Shown: positions 1 to 12,720 of the stretch, piece after piece
Position numbering within the stretch: position 1 is the first letter of the stretch
Layout of the letters: each line of letters opens with the position of its first letter
NCBI GenBank assembly: GCA_010093605.1
Contig: MU004188.1
Span: forward strand, 2,061,918 to 2,125,917
Direction: 5' to 3'
Origin: Lophium mytilinum
Lineage: Eukaryota
DNA length: 64,000 nucleotides
The notes under the pieces: generated by a model
Told to the model about the DNA's origin: nothing
What the model saw: the letters and a program-made list of their open reading frames with translations, nothing else
The model's database searches: none
Position numbers and translations under genes: made by a program

Positions 1-47
1 TCAATTGCGCGTCTTCATGGCAACCCATCTCTGCACCTGGCCCCGAG

Positions 48-902
48 ATGCCACCCTTTGGTATCCTGCTTCCACGACTCCTGTTCCGAACCCTCCGCAT
101 ACCTCGACCATCCTACGCCCTCCACCACAACCTCCCTACTCGACCTTTCTGTCTCTCCCACAAGCTTGCAAACCCGCCACCAACGATCCTCAACTCTGAA
201 GCTGTGGTCGACGTCGAGGGCTATGCACGATATGAGTTTCCAGAAATATATGACGACAGGGAAGTCTGGTTATTCGAAAACAAAACAAAATTGCGACGAC
301 CAAAACTGCTCAAAGCTCTCACGATATCGCAACTTTTGACAACACCTATACACCATGGAGTATATATAAACCCGCGGAACGATTGGTGCGAGCGTCTGAA
401 GCTGCTCAACCCCAACAGAGTAAAAATCGAGTATGAGATTTTACCTCTCGTAGCAAAACCTTTAGACACGATGCCGGGTAGAATTTTGCGGATGATTAAT
501 TTCAAGGTTGAGGATAGGCCGAGAGATCATGCTAAGAGGATGCATCGCATGTACAGCTTTCTGCAAGATGGACAGCATTGCGTGGTTATCGTTCAGATGC
601 CGACGAAAAAGTTGAATTGGGGCCCAGGCCCGGCGTTCGACTGGGTCATTGTTAATACTCCACATTTGAGGCCGGAGGTTATGATCAAGTCGATGCCGGA
701 AGGAACAACCATGGCGATGGGTCCTTACGCAGGCTATGGCGAGATTGTGTGGGTTTTCGGGCGAGGCGAGAAGCTGAACACTAAGCAGACGCGAAGGCTA
801 CATGAAAAGCTGCTGAGAAACGTACGCAAAGGTAAAGCTCGTTCAGAGGTGGAAAGTGTAGAAGAACGCGTGAAGAATCTCAGCTCCGGTTTCTATCGCT
901 AG
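48..902 (+). CDS. Putative mitochondrial protein with a translation initiation factor 3 C-terminal-like segment (Aim23/mtIF3-like)
   Basis: Intronless 284-aa ORF. The N-terminus is Arg/Leu-rich with no acidic residues (presequence-like). INFKVEDRPRDHAKRMHRMYSFLQDGQHCVVIV resembles the IF3-C pattern (IxF...D...K.....FL..G..V.V). Weak, by-eye match. Confidence 0.45.
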   Translation: MPPFGILLPRLLFRTLRIPRPSYALHHNLPTRPFCLSHKLANPPPTILNSEAVVDVEGYARYEFPEIYDDREVWLFENKTKLRRPKLLKALTISQLLTTPIHHGVYINPRNDWCERLKLLNPNRVKIEYEILPLVAKPLDTMPGRILRMINFKVEDRPRDHAKRMHRMYSFLQDGQHCVVIVQMPTKKLNWGPGPAFDWVIVNTPHLRPEVMIKSMPEGTTMAMGPYAGYGEIVWVFGRGEKLNTKQTRRLHEKLLRNVRKGKARSEVESVEERVKNLSSGFYR

Positions 903-1563
903 GTGCTCGTAGGGGGTTATAGTCACGTTTAATTGCATCGTATCGAGGCCGACAACTATCGCCCGAAGAAACATACACACTTTACTCACGGACGGTCTCC
1001 CCAATCTGCATATCTCGGGTAGCAAGGTTTTCAACTTGCTATGGTGTATTTCATCTGTCTTACATACATATGTTCGATTTTACCGCAGGGTCGGCCCTAG
1101 TAATTGGTTATACGAATGGCGGTTAGTCCGATTACCAATGTCCTTCGGGCACGGGCCTCCGGGCGAACAGCCTCTGCAGCGACTTGGCTCCAAGAGGCAC
1201 AGGTACCTGCCTAACTCTCATTCGTATAAGAAAGATGGCACGGTGTATAGCTTCATAATCAGTGCGAAGGAAGTTTTATAACCGGACGAAAGCTTCGACT
1301 ACGAGTGAGCGACCCAATTGGTCCGCTTACCAGATATGAGCAGAGACTACTAGATCGATCAATGAAAGCATTATCAACCATCATCGTTTCTAAGCAAATG
1401 CGCAATGGCGGTACGTAAGTAGGTATGTTCAAAGTGGTCGGTAATGCAAATTTCTCAATGTGATATAAAACCTTAGTCTCTTGCCTTGAGCATATCCAAC
1501 ACACGAACACGTCTCCCCATCTTTTCTATTTCTTCAACATAAAGCCCTCTCGTTGCCCCCAAT

Positions 1564-2601
1564 ATGCGGTCACCCAGCTACCTCCTCTCGCTCTTCTCCC
1601 TCCGTGCTATTACTCTGACACTCGCCCACAACTCTTCGAACCCCCTCCTAGACACAGGCGCCAACCTAACCTTCGCCCTTCCAACCCACCCCGTCTACAC
1701 CTTCCCCGTCGGAACATGGATCGAGAACCTCGCGGTACGCGCCAACGGGAAAATCCTCGCCACCGACGACTCGCTCCCGCGCGTGTACCAAATCGACCCT
1801 TTATCCCCTCACACTCCCGCGATCCTCCTCCACGAGTTCACAGACACCGCTTCTATCCTCGGCATTGTCGAAACCATCCCGGACGTCTTCTACGTCTGCA
1901 CCGCCAACTACTCCTCCGCCAAATTAGAAGGCTACGGGCAGGCGTACATCTACAAACTCGACATGCGGCCTTTCTCACCTTCTATCCCCAGCTCTGCCGC
2001 AGTGTCGAAGGTCGCAACGCTCTCTGAAGCAAAAGCGTTGGATGGCCTCGCGTGGCTAGAACCTCGTGACCGCAAGGGGGAAGGCCTCCTTCTTGTCAGC
2101 GACTTCCTCGCCGGCGTCGTCTGGAGCGTCGACATCGCTACCGGCGCCGTCGCGATGCCGATCAACAGCACCTACACGCGTTCCACGGGATTCGGGGTCA
2201 ATGGGCTCAAGATCCGGGACCAGGAGCTCTATTTCACGAACACGCAGCAGCAGATCCTCGTCAAAGTCGCGGTTAATTCGAAAGGGGAGGTAGTAGGGAA
2301 CTATACCGTGCTCGCGCAGGGCGGGTTTGGGCCGGACGATTTTGCGTTGGATGCGGAAGGGGATGCGTACGTGACTAGTTTCGAGGTGGGGCGGAATGGG
2401 GTTGTGTTTGTGCCTAGGGAGGGCGGGGAGGCGGTGTATATTGCTGGCATGGCGGGGCCGACGGCGGCGGCGTTTGGGAGGGGAGAGGGGGAGGGCTGGT
2501 TGTTTGTTAGTACGAGTGGCGGGGATTATGATTATTTGACGGGGGAGGAGGTGACGGTTGCCGGAGGGATTGTGAAGGTGCAGGTGGGGAGGGAAGGGTA
2601 A
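1564..2601 (+). CDS. Secreted six-bladed beta-propeller protein (SMP-30/gluconolactonase-like; family that includes fungal AsR5/EupF-like proteins)
   Basis: 345-aa ORF with a signal peptide; motifs YTFPVGTWIENLAVRANGKIL, GVNGLKIR..LYFTN, PDDFALD, GPTAAAFGR. Confidence 0.75.
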   Translation: MRSPSYLLSLFSLRAITLTLAHNSSNPLLDTGANLTFALPTHPVYTFPVGTWIENLAVRANGKILATDDSLPRVYQIDPLSPHTPAILLHEFTDTASILGIVETIPDVFYVCTANYSSAKLEGYGQAYIYKLDMRPFSPSIPSSAAVSKVATLSEAKALDGLAWLEPRDRKGEGLLLVSDFLAGVVWSVDIATGAVAMPINSTYTRSTGFGVNGLKIRDQELYFTNTQQQILVKVAVNSKGEVVGNYTVLAQGGFGPDDFALDAEGDAYVTSFEVGRNGVVFVPREGGEAVYIAGMAGPTAAAFGRGEGEGWLFVSTSGGDYDYLTGEEVTVAGGIVKVQVGREG

Positions 2602-3014
2602 GGGTTCATGAAATATTGATGGCGTGGTTGGGAAGGATGGCAAGGGCTGAGGGAAGAGATTGGAGGGTTGGGAATAGGAGGCTGCGGTATGAGGGGATTT
2701 GGTTGAAGTATGCAGACAGCAACGGTTCAAGCAGATTGATATCGGGTCGGCCTTTGGTCTCCCGTTTTATATGCCTATTAGCAGCTTACATACTTACCCT
2801 GCGAAGGCATGACGGTGTATGAAAGTAGTAGTCAAAGTCACATCGGCCTTTGATCACGGAACTCAGTTGCCGACCGGCCCGGGCATATCGCTGTAGCAAG
2901 AAAAGATTTTCCTACTTCCACGTTGGTGCGGGGAAAACGGGCGCTAAAACACTGCACGCTTATGCATAATGTGATAAAGACATACGCCGCATACTGAGAT
3001 GGATTATGCATGTA

Positions 3015-4370
3015 CAGTCGGTGGACTTAAGTCTAATCCGAGTACCCCGCATCACCCCGCACGGCCACAAAAATTAAGGTGCATTACTTTAATAGTATAA
3101 CACAGCTATAAGGCCTAGTAATATAATTCCTTAGTATTTTAATAGCTATATACTAATACTTAGTTTACTAGCCCTTAGATTATCTAAGAGCTTCTACCCG
3201 GTTTAGTATACTCTAAATAAGTAATAAAATTAGTAAATTAGGCAGCGCTAGCTATACCTTCTTAATAGCTACCTAGAGCGCTTTCTAATTAGCTTCTACT
3301 TAGCCTATTATTACTAATTCTAAATATAGCTTATAAACTATCTTTTTAAGCGCCTACTATATATACTTAATAAAGTTAAGGTCTAGTAAATAGAGGGGCT
3401 ATTCTATAGTCTAAATTCTATAAGATTCTAAAAACTTATAGATTTATTTAGAGTTATAAATAGGGGTATTATTATATATAAATATCTTCTCTAGCTAGTA
3501 TTATTTTAAAAGGCTATTCTCTAATATTTTAGTATAGCTTCTACTTAAATAGCCTATTTTTTTAGCCTTCTAATTCTATTCTATAATAATTAATAGTAAC
3601 TAGCTAGTATAGCTATCTAGTATTACCTAAATAGCTATCTATACTATCTATAATATTCTATTAAACTTCTCTTTCTCTATAATTATCTCTAGATAGTATT
3701 TCTTATAAGAATAGTAGAAGTACTACTTTATCTACTATCTAGAGCCTCTCTATATAGAGTACTTATCTATAAACTTAATAGTTATATCTTTCTAGTTAAA
3801 ATTCTTATAATTCTAAATAAATTAGTAGTAAATTATAGTATACTTAGGCTTTAGTAATAGCTTTTTAGTATACCTATACTTATATAGGCTATTTTCTCTA
3901 AAATAGCATTAGATAGTCTTCTTAGAAATAGGGTACTTCTAATTTAGGTAGGTATTTAGGTCTACCTTTTTAATAATCTAGAAATACTTTAATTTTAGAG
4001 CTTTTCTTATAATTTAAATAATATCCCGCTTCTTATAATATATAAGAACCTCTAGGGGCCTAGAGTATAGTAAGAAATCTATAGTATTATATTCTTTAAA
4101 CTAGTTAATTATAGTATAGATTATACGCATATTATAGCTAAATTTAGCCGCTAAATTCTTATTAGAAATATACTTTTAGTACTTAGTAATAATAGCTATA
4201 TACTATTAAAATAAAAGCTTACTATTTTCTTTTATATTTCTATTAATTAGAGTTCTAAAAGAGCGTGTTATTATAGTATAGTATAGAGGTAATAGGGACG
4301 TGTTTCTAACGTAATGTAATTTTAGTAGGGTGCGTATAGTTTATTAGATAAGACTTAAGTCTAAGTACTA
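3015..4370 (-). mobile_element. RIP-inactivated Tc1/mariner DNA transposon (~1.36 kb)
   Basis: Imperfect TIRs: CAGTCGGTGGACTTAAGTCTAATC from 3015 and reverse-complement TAGTACTTAGACTTAAGTCTTATC ending 4370. Flanked by TA at 3013-3014 and 4371-4372. After reversing C>T/G>A changes the minus strand reads WPPYSPDLNPIEHIW (~3360-3405) and SMPNRVEALRQSKGWQTKY* (~3155-3215). Very TpA-rich. Confidence 0.85.
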
Positions 4371-4877
4371 TAATTAATAGAGTAGAATTAGTTTATAAAG
4401 AATTAGAACCTGCTTTCTAAAGATAAGGTCGGCGCTGTTACTAAAATCTATATTTATAATGAGGCGAGAGAAGGAGGCGAAATTAATAAAGACATTTTAA
4501 GGTTATCTTAAGCTCATATGAAAATGTTGAGGTTGAACATCGGGATCTGATCGGGACGATCTTGCCAAGTCGGATCGGCTCAAGATGTGCCGCGGCCTTC
4601 CTCCACCACCCCAGCCATCCCTCTTCCATCCCAACACGCTTACGCCTCCAGCCTCCGTGCCGCATCAAGCATTGATGATCGTGTGGGGTGCTTCGTACCT
4701 GACACCGCCCCTCGTTATTGCACGCGTCTCCGCACAAGTCATCCGCTCTCTCCGCCCTCTAGACTTTAGCATTGCTACTGTGCCATGCCGCGGGCTTCCT
4801 GACAATAGTCATTGCATCATTATTCCCCTCATCTGTACTCCATACTAGCATGGACCCCGCTCAGAACTCGCATCATC

Positions 4878-7800
4878 ATGGGTCGTCGAATACATGTAGG
4901 AGGGCTTGTGGCTCTCGTTATATCATCGCTCCTCTTTCTCTTTCTCTTTCTCACGAGTGATGCGTCATTTGCTTCAACAACTACAGCAGTTATGAGACCA
5001 CGTAGTACCCAAGCTTTCCTAGCGGCGTCGATTGTAGCTGCAGGAAACTGCCATGACACATACTGCCAACAGAGCCTTAACCTCAGTACTGTTTCTTGGA
5101 CGGTCTCGAACCCAAATAGAAGTATCTCGGTTCCAGGGAAATTCCCATCGCAAGCTCATATCGACCTTTACGCGGCAGGAGTGATTCCATGGCCTCTCTA
5201 CGGCCTCAATGATTTCGATCTCCGATGGGTCGTTTATTCGAATTGGACATACACCTCGGAGCCATTGAAGGAACTGTGCGTAGCGCTTGTATCGAATGCT
5301 CCCTGGTGCAATACTAATCGATCTCATAGCAAGCATGACGCCGACTCGACATGGCTACTTTTCAACGGTCTGGACACATTCACAAGTATTGAGTTTTGCG
5401 GTAAACATGTCGCGGCTACTAACAACCAATTCCGACAATACTACTTCGATGTCACGAGCATCTTGAAGGAGTGCAAAAGCGACCCTATTCTCAGCATCAA
5501 CTTTGGTAGTGCCCCTAACATTGCAGATGCAATTGCCGCGGAGCCAGGGCAAGAAAGTGAGTCTCTTCACATGATACCTTTAGACCAGGACTAACGATGC
5601 TATCACAGCATGGCCATTGTGAGTTTTCTTTCTCATTGCGAATACCCCAGCCCAAATCGCTAACAGGAGCAGTGGCGTTGAGATTAACTACGAGTTTCTG
5701 AACCGACAGTTCATACGAAAAGAGCAGAGCGATTTTGGTTGGGATTGGGGCCCTGCTTTTGCTCCAGCGGGACCTTGGCTGCCCGGATCTATCATTCAAC
5801 TCAGCCCCTCGGAATTCTATATTCGAAATTCTCTCGTAGACATTTATCGCGAGGGTCAGCTCAACCTGCTGCCACCGGATCAGTCTCGCGATTGGGTCGT
5901 GAAAACGAGTATGGATGTTATCGGGAAACTTCCTTCGGACGCTTCGTTGACGTACAGTCTCCAAGATGCTAGCGGCAAGACTGTCAGCGAGGGAAAATTC
6001 CAGAACGTTACGTCCGATAGCAGCACGGTTACCGGAAGCGTGGTTATTCCAGCGAAATCGGTCGATCTTTGGTGGCCTGTGGGAATGGGTTCACAGACGT
6101 TGTACAACATTACGATTGCAGTTGAGAGCGATGGTAAGACTGTTAACGAAGTTACCAAGCGCATTGGCTTCCGAACCATCGTCTCGAACCAGGGACCTAT
6201 CACTCAAGACCAGCTCGATATGGGCATTGCACCAGGAAACAACTGGCATTTTGAGATCAATGGGCATGAATTCTATGCCAAGGGCTCAAGTACATTCTCT
6301 CGCCGCATCATAAATACTAGATCTCTGCTGACTACCGCAGACTTCATTCCTCCGGACGTTTTCTGGGCGAACGTTACTGAAGCGCGGATGAAAGCATTGT
6401 TTGATTCTGTCGTCATCGGTAACCAGAACATGCTCCGCGTATGGTCATCTGGAGCTTACTCACCCGACTTCATGTACGACCTTGCGGATGGTAGGGTCAT
6501 CTCTGGGATTCATTCTGCTATCTGCTGACTTTAACCAGAGATGGGAATCTTGCTATGGAGCGAGTTCGAGTTCGGGGACGCCCTTTATCCAGTGAATAAA
6601 GAGTTCTTGGACAACGTGAAGGATGAAGTGTATTACCAAGTCCGACGGATCAATCACCATCGTGCGTCACCCGCTCCTGCCGCTTGAATATAGATCACTG
6701 ATTCGTCCAGCTTCCCTCGCCTACTGGGCCGGCGGCAACGAACTCGAGAACTTGGAGTTGTATCTCGTCGAAAATGCCGCCCCAGATGAGCTAGATCGCT
6801 ACACGGCCGAATACGAGACTCTGTTCCTTGACACTATTGTGCCCATCCTTTTCGGCAATTCGAGGAGTATTTCGTACTCTCCCAGCAGCACAAGCAATGG
6901 ATACCTCGAACTGGATTTTTCCCTGCCTCAGCCGATTACCGAAAGATACAACAATAAAACCACTGGTTCAATATATGGCGAAACAGGTTAGTAATTTGCG
7001 GCTTCCTTGTCTTGACTTGCGACTAACATGAGTCTCCAGACCACTACGATTACGACTCCACAGTAGCATTCAACACTTCGTCTTATCCCATCGGACGGTT
7101 TGCAAATGAGTTCGGATTCCATTCGATGCCTTCTTTGGAAAGTTGGCAACAGCAGATAAACCCCGCCGACCTCTACTTCAACTCTTCAACGATCGTATTA
7201 AGAAATCATCACTACCCACCCGGTAATACAAACACAACAAACTACGCAAATAGTACCAAAGGCATGGCGGAAATGACCCTAGCCGTAGAGCGATGGTATC
7301 CAGTTCCCCAAAAGGAAGACCCGATCGGCAATTTTTCCGCCTGGTGCCACGCAACCCAAATATTCCAAGCAGATTACTACAGTTCTCAAATTCAGTACTA
7401 CCGCAGTGGAAGTGGACGTCCTGAGAGACAACTTGGATCCCTGTATTGGCAGCTGGAGGATCAATGGCAAGCTCCAACCTGGGCCGGGATCGAATACGAT
7501 GGGCGTTGGAAAGTCCTCCATTACGTCGCCAGGGATATCTACCAGCCGGTCATCATCTCGCCGTTCTATAACGCTACAACGAAGGACTTCCAGGTCTGGG
7601 TTACCTCCGATCTTTGGTCTTCGGTCAAAGGCACAGTCAACCTGACTTGGTACGATTGGTCCGGAAAGCGTTTAGATATCGACACACCTGTCACTCTTCC
7701 AGTGACAGTTGGCGCAATCAACTCCACGAAAGTTCTTCAAACAAACACAAACGACATCCTCGCGAACCATGACCCTCTAGACGTCGTCCTGGCCATGTCC

Positions 7801-8130
7801 GTTTCAATCGAAGGCCAACTCCCCAACTCGAAATCTATACAAACTTTCACGCACACAAACTGGTTCCACGCCGCGCCCTTATCCGTCGCTCACATCGTCG
7901 ATCCCGGCCTCAAAATCACGCCCGGTAAGGAAAGCTTCACCATCGAGGCTACCACGGGCGTCGCTGCCTGGGTCTGGCTTGATCATCCGGCAGGCGTGAT
8001 GGGCTATTTCGACGAGAACGCATTCTGGCTTGCTCCTGGAGAAAAGAAGGAGGTTGGTTTTACGGTGACGGGCGGCGAGTGGGTCGATGGGACGGCGGTG
8101 CAGAGCCTATGGGACTTGACGCTCCCTTAA
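4878..8130 (+). CDS. mndA: Secreted GH2 beta-mannosidase (MndA-like), 8 exons
   Basis: Introns 5276-5329, 5557-5608, 5619-5672, 6290-6340, 6491-6538, 6662-6710 and 6987-7039 splice to give [44 protein letters not shown] (acid/base), [12 protein letters not shown] (nucleophile) and LYWQLED. Start is 4878 or 4992. Confidence 0.9.
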
Positions 8131-8576
8131 TAAGATGGCTGGGGATCAGGCGACAAGGCGCGGGCCGTGTTTAGCGTGGTATCACATCAAATGTTTGCGC
8201 TAGCGCTATCTGCTTTCAGTCATCCAAAAGTATAAAAGTAAGTTTTTTGGTCGCCAAGCCGGATAGCTGCCTGGTGCTGCCTGGAATGCCGGAATTTAGG
8301 GGCCGAAAGGTACACCGGTCGCGTGTTGCTGCCTCGGTGCCCTTGCGCGCGGTGAAAGGTATTAATTCGTGTTCGCAGCTGTGAGACAGTGTCAGCAAAG
8401 TACAACGCGAAATCGGAGCGATATCACGGGGATGAACTCACGTGACTTTGAGCAAGCACGGGTCGGCCCTCCTGCCTTTTTATCTATATCCACCCCACAT
8501 TCTTCTAGGTCGGCCATCGTGTTCAATTGCTCTCTTCCCACAAACTTTGCTACTGTTCATTCGTATTCGAAGGAGG

Positions 8577-10070
8577 ATGACGACGATCCGAATCCTCGCG
8601 ATGGCGGGTTCCGCTGACGCTGCTGCTGCCGACGGGGTGATTGAGAGCGAGAACGAGATTGAGATCCCAAACGAGATTGAGAAGACGAACGATATGGAGA
8701 ATACGAACGAGGTTGAGAAAGCGAACGAGATCGAGGACACCAACGAGATCGAAAACGACCGCATGATCGAAAACGGCACCGGGAACGAAAACGCACCTAC
8801 AGCTCCCCCGCATGCTCCCACCCCTCCTCCTCCTCCATCCATCCCAAGCCAACCCGATTCCAACCCCCTCAACAACACCAAGGAAGACACCATCCTCACC
8901 CCCGGCCGATACAAGAGCATGGCCAAACTCCACGCCCTGCTCTCCAACCCCACCAGCCCCAACACCCCCGCCCCCGAGGCCGACCCAGCAGCCCGCCTCC
9001 GCTCCCACGTCGCCGCCGCCCTAGCGCACCTACAGCAAGTCATCGCGCACGACAAAGCGGCAAAGATGCAGCTCACCCCCGCGCAGCGCAAACTCGTCTT
9101 CCCCTTCCTCGCCCTCCCGGCCGAGTTGCGCATCCTCGTGTACGAAGAGCTGCTGGTATCCGACGACCGGCTGTTCGTGACGTGGCGTGGGCCGAGGAAG
9201 GCGCGGGTGCAGCAGAAGAAGATCTGGGCGAGCGTGTTGCGCGTGAGTAAGCTGGTGGGTAGGGAGGCGCGAGCGGTGCTGTATGGTGGGAATGTGTTTG
9301 ATTTTGGTATGCTGAGCTTCCCTCTTTTTCTCCTTTGCGGTTGCTTGGAAGACAGATTTCGGGATGAGTAGGGTCTAGGGATGGATGGATGCTAATGATA
9401 TCGGGGATGCGCAGAGGAGATCATGCTCAAATTCCCCACCGGCCCCTCTTTCCTCTCCGCCATCGGCGGCCGCGAGAACGCCCGCTTCATCCGCTCCCTC
9501 GTCGCCGATGTCTCGGCTACCCGTGAACTACGCCCGCCTCCGTTACCGGCTTTGCCCCCGCCGACGCATGAGCCCCGTGTCACCTTCACTGGGTCTCCGC
9601 CTAAGGCTGTGGATACGAAGAAGAATTACCGTATCAACCAGCCGTATCTGGCGTCGTTTCTTGCGGGTTTCGGGATTGATTTCAGGCGGCTGAGGTATAT
9701 GGCGGTGCATGTGAAGCATACGGGGAAGGATTGGTATGATAGTGATTGGGTGGAGACGTTTCGGGGGTTGGGAGCCCTGAGTGCGGCGGAGGAGGAGCGG
9801 GTGCAGGAGCGGGCGGCGGAGAAGAGGAGGAGGGCGATTCGGAGGGCGGTTGAGGTTGTGACGGAGAGGGAGGGGAGCTGGTTGAAGGCGGTTGGGGAGA
9901 AAGAGGCGAGGGAGTTGGAGGGAGAGTGGGGGAGGGTTGGGGGGAGGTGGTTGGTTTATAAGGGGGCGCCGAGGGGGGAGGACGATGATGAAGAGGTGGT
10001 GGATGAGGCGGGGGATAAGACGATTGAAGGCGAAGGCAAAGGGAAGGGGAAAGTGAATGAAGTCTCTTAG
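8577..10070 (+). CDS. Fungal F-box-like / DUF7730-type hypothetical protein with acidic hexapeptide repeats
   Basis: A phase-1 intron at 9307-9414 joins the 8442..9371 and 9423..10070 ORFs. Motifs FPFLALPAELRILVYEELL and LRVSKLVGREARAVLYGGNVFDF. NEIExx repeats at ~8650-8760. Start codon uncertain (8577 or 8601). Confidence 0.65.
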
Positions 10071-10941
10071 GCACGCCCCGGGTTCTGATTTACGACGTTA
10101 CGACCTTCACATCCGTTTCTGCGTTCTGAGGATAGGCGGGGGGGCTCCTGACGCTGTCGGCTGGTAGTGTAATGCTTTCTACTTATCTATCTCATTCTTA
10201 TCACTACAATCATTTTCGTTCCTCTAAGGGTGGCTCGTGTCCTACGTGCGGCCTACAAAACTCAACCCTATGGGTCTAGGTTCATGATTGTAGGTCAAAA
10301 GGCTTTTTGAAAGTGTTGTTATAGCAAGAGCTTTCAATCCAACTGTAGGTCTTTCTAATTCATTCTCCAGCAGACTCCACCGTCCAGGGGTGTCACTTAT
10401 GCTCCAAGTACCCTCCAAGACGCAAGCTCAGAAGCCCAAGATCACCACGATCAGCCAAAAGGTCATTCGGTCGACATTAGAAAGCTGCAGTTCTTAATTA
10501 CGAGGTCGAGAGCTTTACATAAGCCTTCTCCTAGAATCTAGCGCTCCGGGGGGCTATCCATGGTCCTAGCAAGGCCCAAAGGGTAAGCCATATAGCTAGG
10601 ATCCCTACGGTGTTAGAAGCTAAATAAATCGGTACCGTACAGCTACAGTCCCGATGCACGCGGTCGAGGATTTCACATCCAGCTTTTTTCTAGAATTAAT
10701 CGCCTAGATAACGTATCTACTATCCTAGCACCCCTTAGAGCTCTATTCTATGGAGCCCGAATTATCTAAGTAATTTAAAGGCTATATAAAATAGGATTTT
10801 AAAGCTATAGTTCTAAATTATCTTATTAAACGCAAGACATTAACTTTCCTAAAAAGTCTATAGTTAAGGGGTGTCTCCTATATACTAAAAATATCTAAAA
10901 ACTCTAGCTCGCATTGCGAAAAATACTATAGAACGTTAAAG

Positions 10942-11092
10942 TGTTAAAATTAGGTTATATAGATTTAATTACCCCTTAGATTATACTAAGGGAGAGGAGA
11001 CTATATAGCTATAGTTTTATATACTTTAGTAGAATTATATAGTAAACTAGTTAGTATCTATACTATTAATAAAACCCTTACTAGTTTTAATA
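10942..11092 (-). repeat. 3' LTR of the copia element
   Basis: Near-identical to 18671-18821; TG...CA ends partly converted to TA by RIP. Confidence 0.92.
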
Positions 11093-12289
11093 CTTCTACT
11101 CTAGTAATAGAAAAGATATAAGCTAACTTCTACTAATCTATCTATTTCCTCTAAGTATATTTAATAAAGTAGGTCTATTAGATAAAGGTTAGCGTTCTTC
11201 TACTCTAACTAAGACTTCTTCTCTTCTACCTACGCTAGCTTTAGCTTTAAAACCTCTACCTTATTAGTAATAGAGTTTAGGTAGAACTATAGACTTTCTA
11301 TAGCTAAGTTAGCTTTTATTAATTAGTTTAGGCGGGTAAACTAGGTCTATATAAGGTTATTAAGAATGTCTAGGTTCTTAGTAATAAAGCTAGAGGTAAT
11401 CTAGAGGTTACTATAGAGGAGTTACTTCTCTCTACCCCTTTTCTTAAATAGGTAGAAGCGCGTAACGCTATTAGTTCTTATAAAGGCACTATAGGTAGTA
11501 TTTCTATCTCTATAGTAGAAGGGACTATTTTCTTTAAGTATTATAAGCTTATAAGGTTTAATAACCTTATAAGAATAGCTAGTAGTAGTAGTAAGAACTC
11601 TATTCTTCTAGATATAAATGCTAGCGAGTCTAAGTTCTACTAGTTCTTTAACGCCGGGGCTAATAGTAGGTAAGAGGGCCTCTAGAAGTATTTTAGCGCC
11701 TCTAATAGTAATAGCCGGGTTGTAATTAACTATAGTAAGCTATTAGAAGGTAGGTTCTAGCTTAGAAATACTAATTTTATTTGCAGGAACGTCTATAGGT
11801 TTAGCAGCAGTAGTAATATTTAGATAAGCATAGTAGGCTATATAAGGCTAGTAGTTATTATCTATAGGGTTATTATTATCCTTCTTACTACTATCCCCTT
11901 TTGCGGTTTTAGACGCGTTTAAAAAATCTACTATTTTATCTAAAAACTCGTCTAGAACTTCCGTAGGCGTTTCTATAAGCGTTTTAGAGTAAATAGAGGG
12001 ATAATTACTATAGATTATAGCGTTAGAGCTATAGAATAATACGGGGGAGTTAGGGCCTATAGAAAGTTTAGAAGTTTCCTTCTTAACCTTAATAGGAAAG
12101 AATTAGGAACTACTTATATTTTTAGCTAATTAAGAAGAAGAAAAGATAGAATTTATCTAAGAAGATACTAATTTAATTTAGGAGGAACAGTAGTCTTTTA
12201 TACCTAAAGAAAAGCGGATTTAATAAACTATTTATTATAGAAATGCATTTTTAGTTTATACTATATTATTAAACTATAGATAAAAAGGG

Positions 12290-12720
12290 GTCTAGTCCTC
12301 TATATATAGTTAATATATATAAAAGCGTTTTTAGATAATTTAAAATTACTATTAGTATAAAGGGACCCGCTTTTATTTTTCTAGTAGACCCGCTTAGCCC
12401 GCTTATTACTATAGTTATAGTAGATCTAGGTCTCTATAAGTAGGTTTAGTTCTCTATAAATAGTTAATATATATAAATATATTCTAGAATAATTTAAATA
12501 TCGCTATTAGTATAAAGGGACCCGCTTTTATTTCTTTAGTAGACCCGCTTAACCCGCTTAGTACTATAGTTATAATAGATTCCGGGTTTCTATATATAGC
12601 TAAATATCTAGAATACTTTTTTAAGTAATTCTAGTTATGCTATTAAGTATAAATAGACCTACTTTTTCTATTTTTATAGATAGGTCTACTTTTAGTACTA
12701 TAGGTATACTAGATCTGGGT
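12290..12720. repeat. ~155-bp tandem repeat (2-3 copies) inside the copia element, between pol and the extra 3' ORF
   Basis: AGGGACCCGCTTTTATTT at 12361 and 12516, with a degenerate third copy around 12600-12720. Confidence 0.8.
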
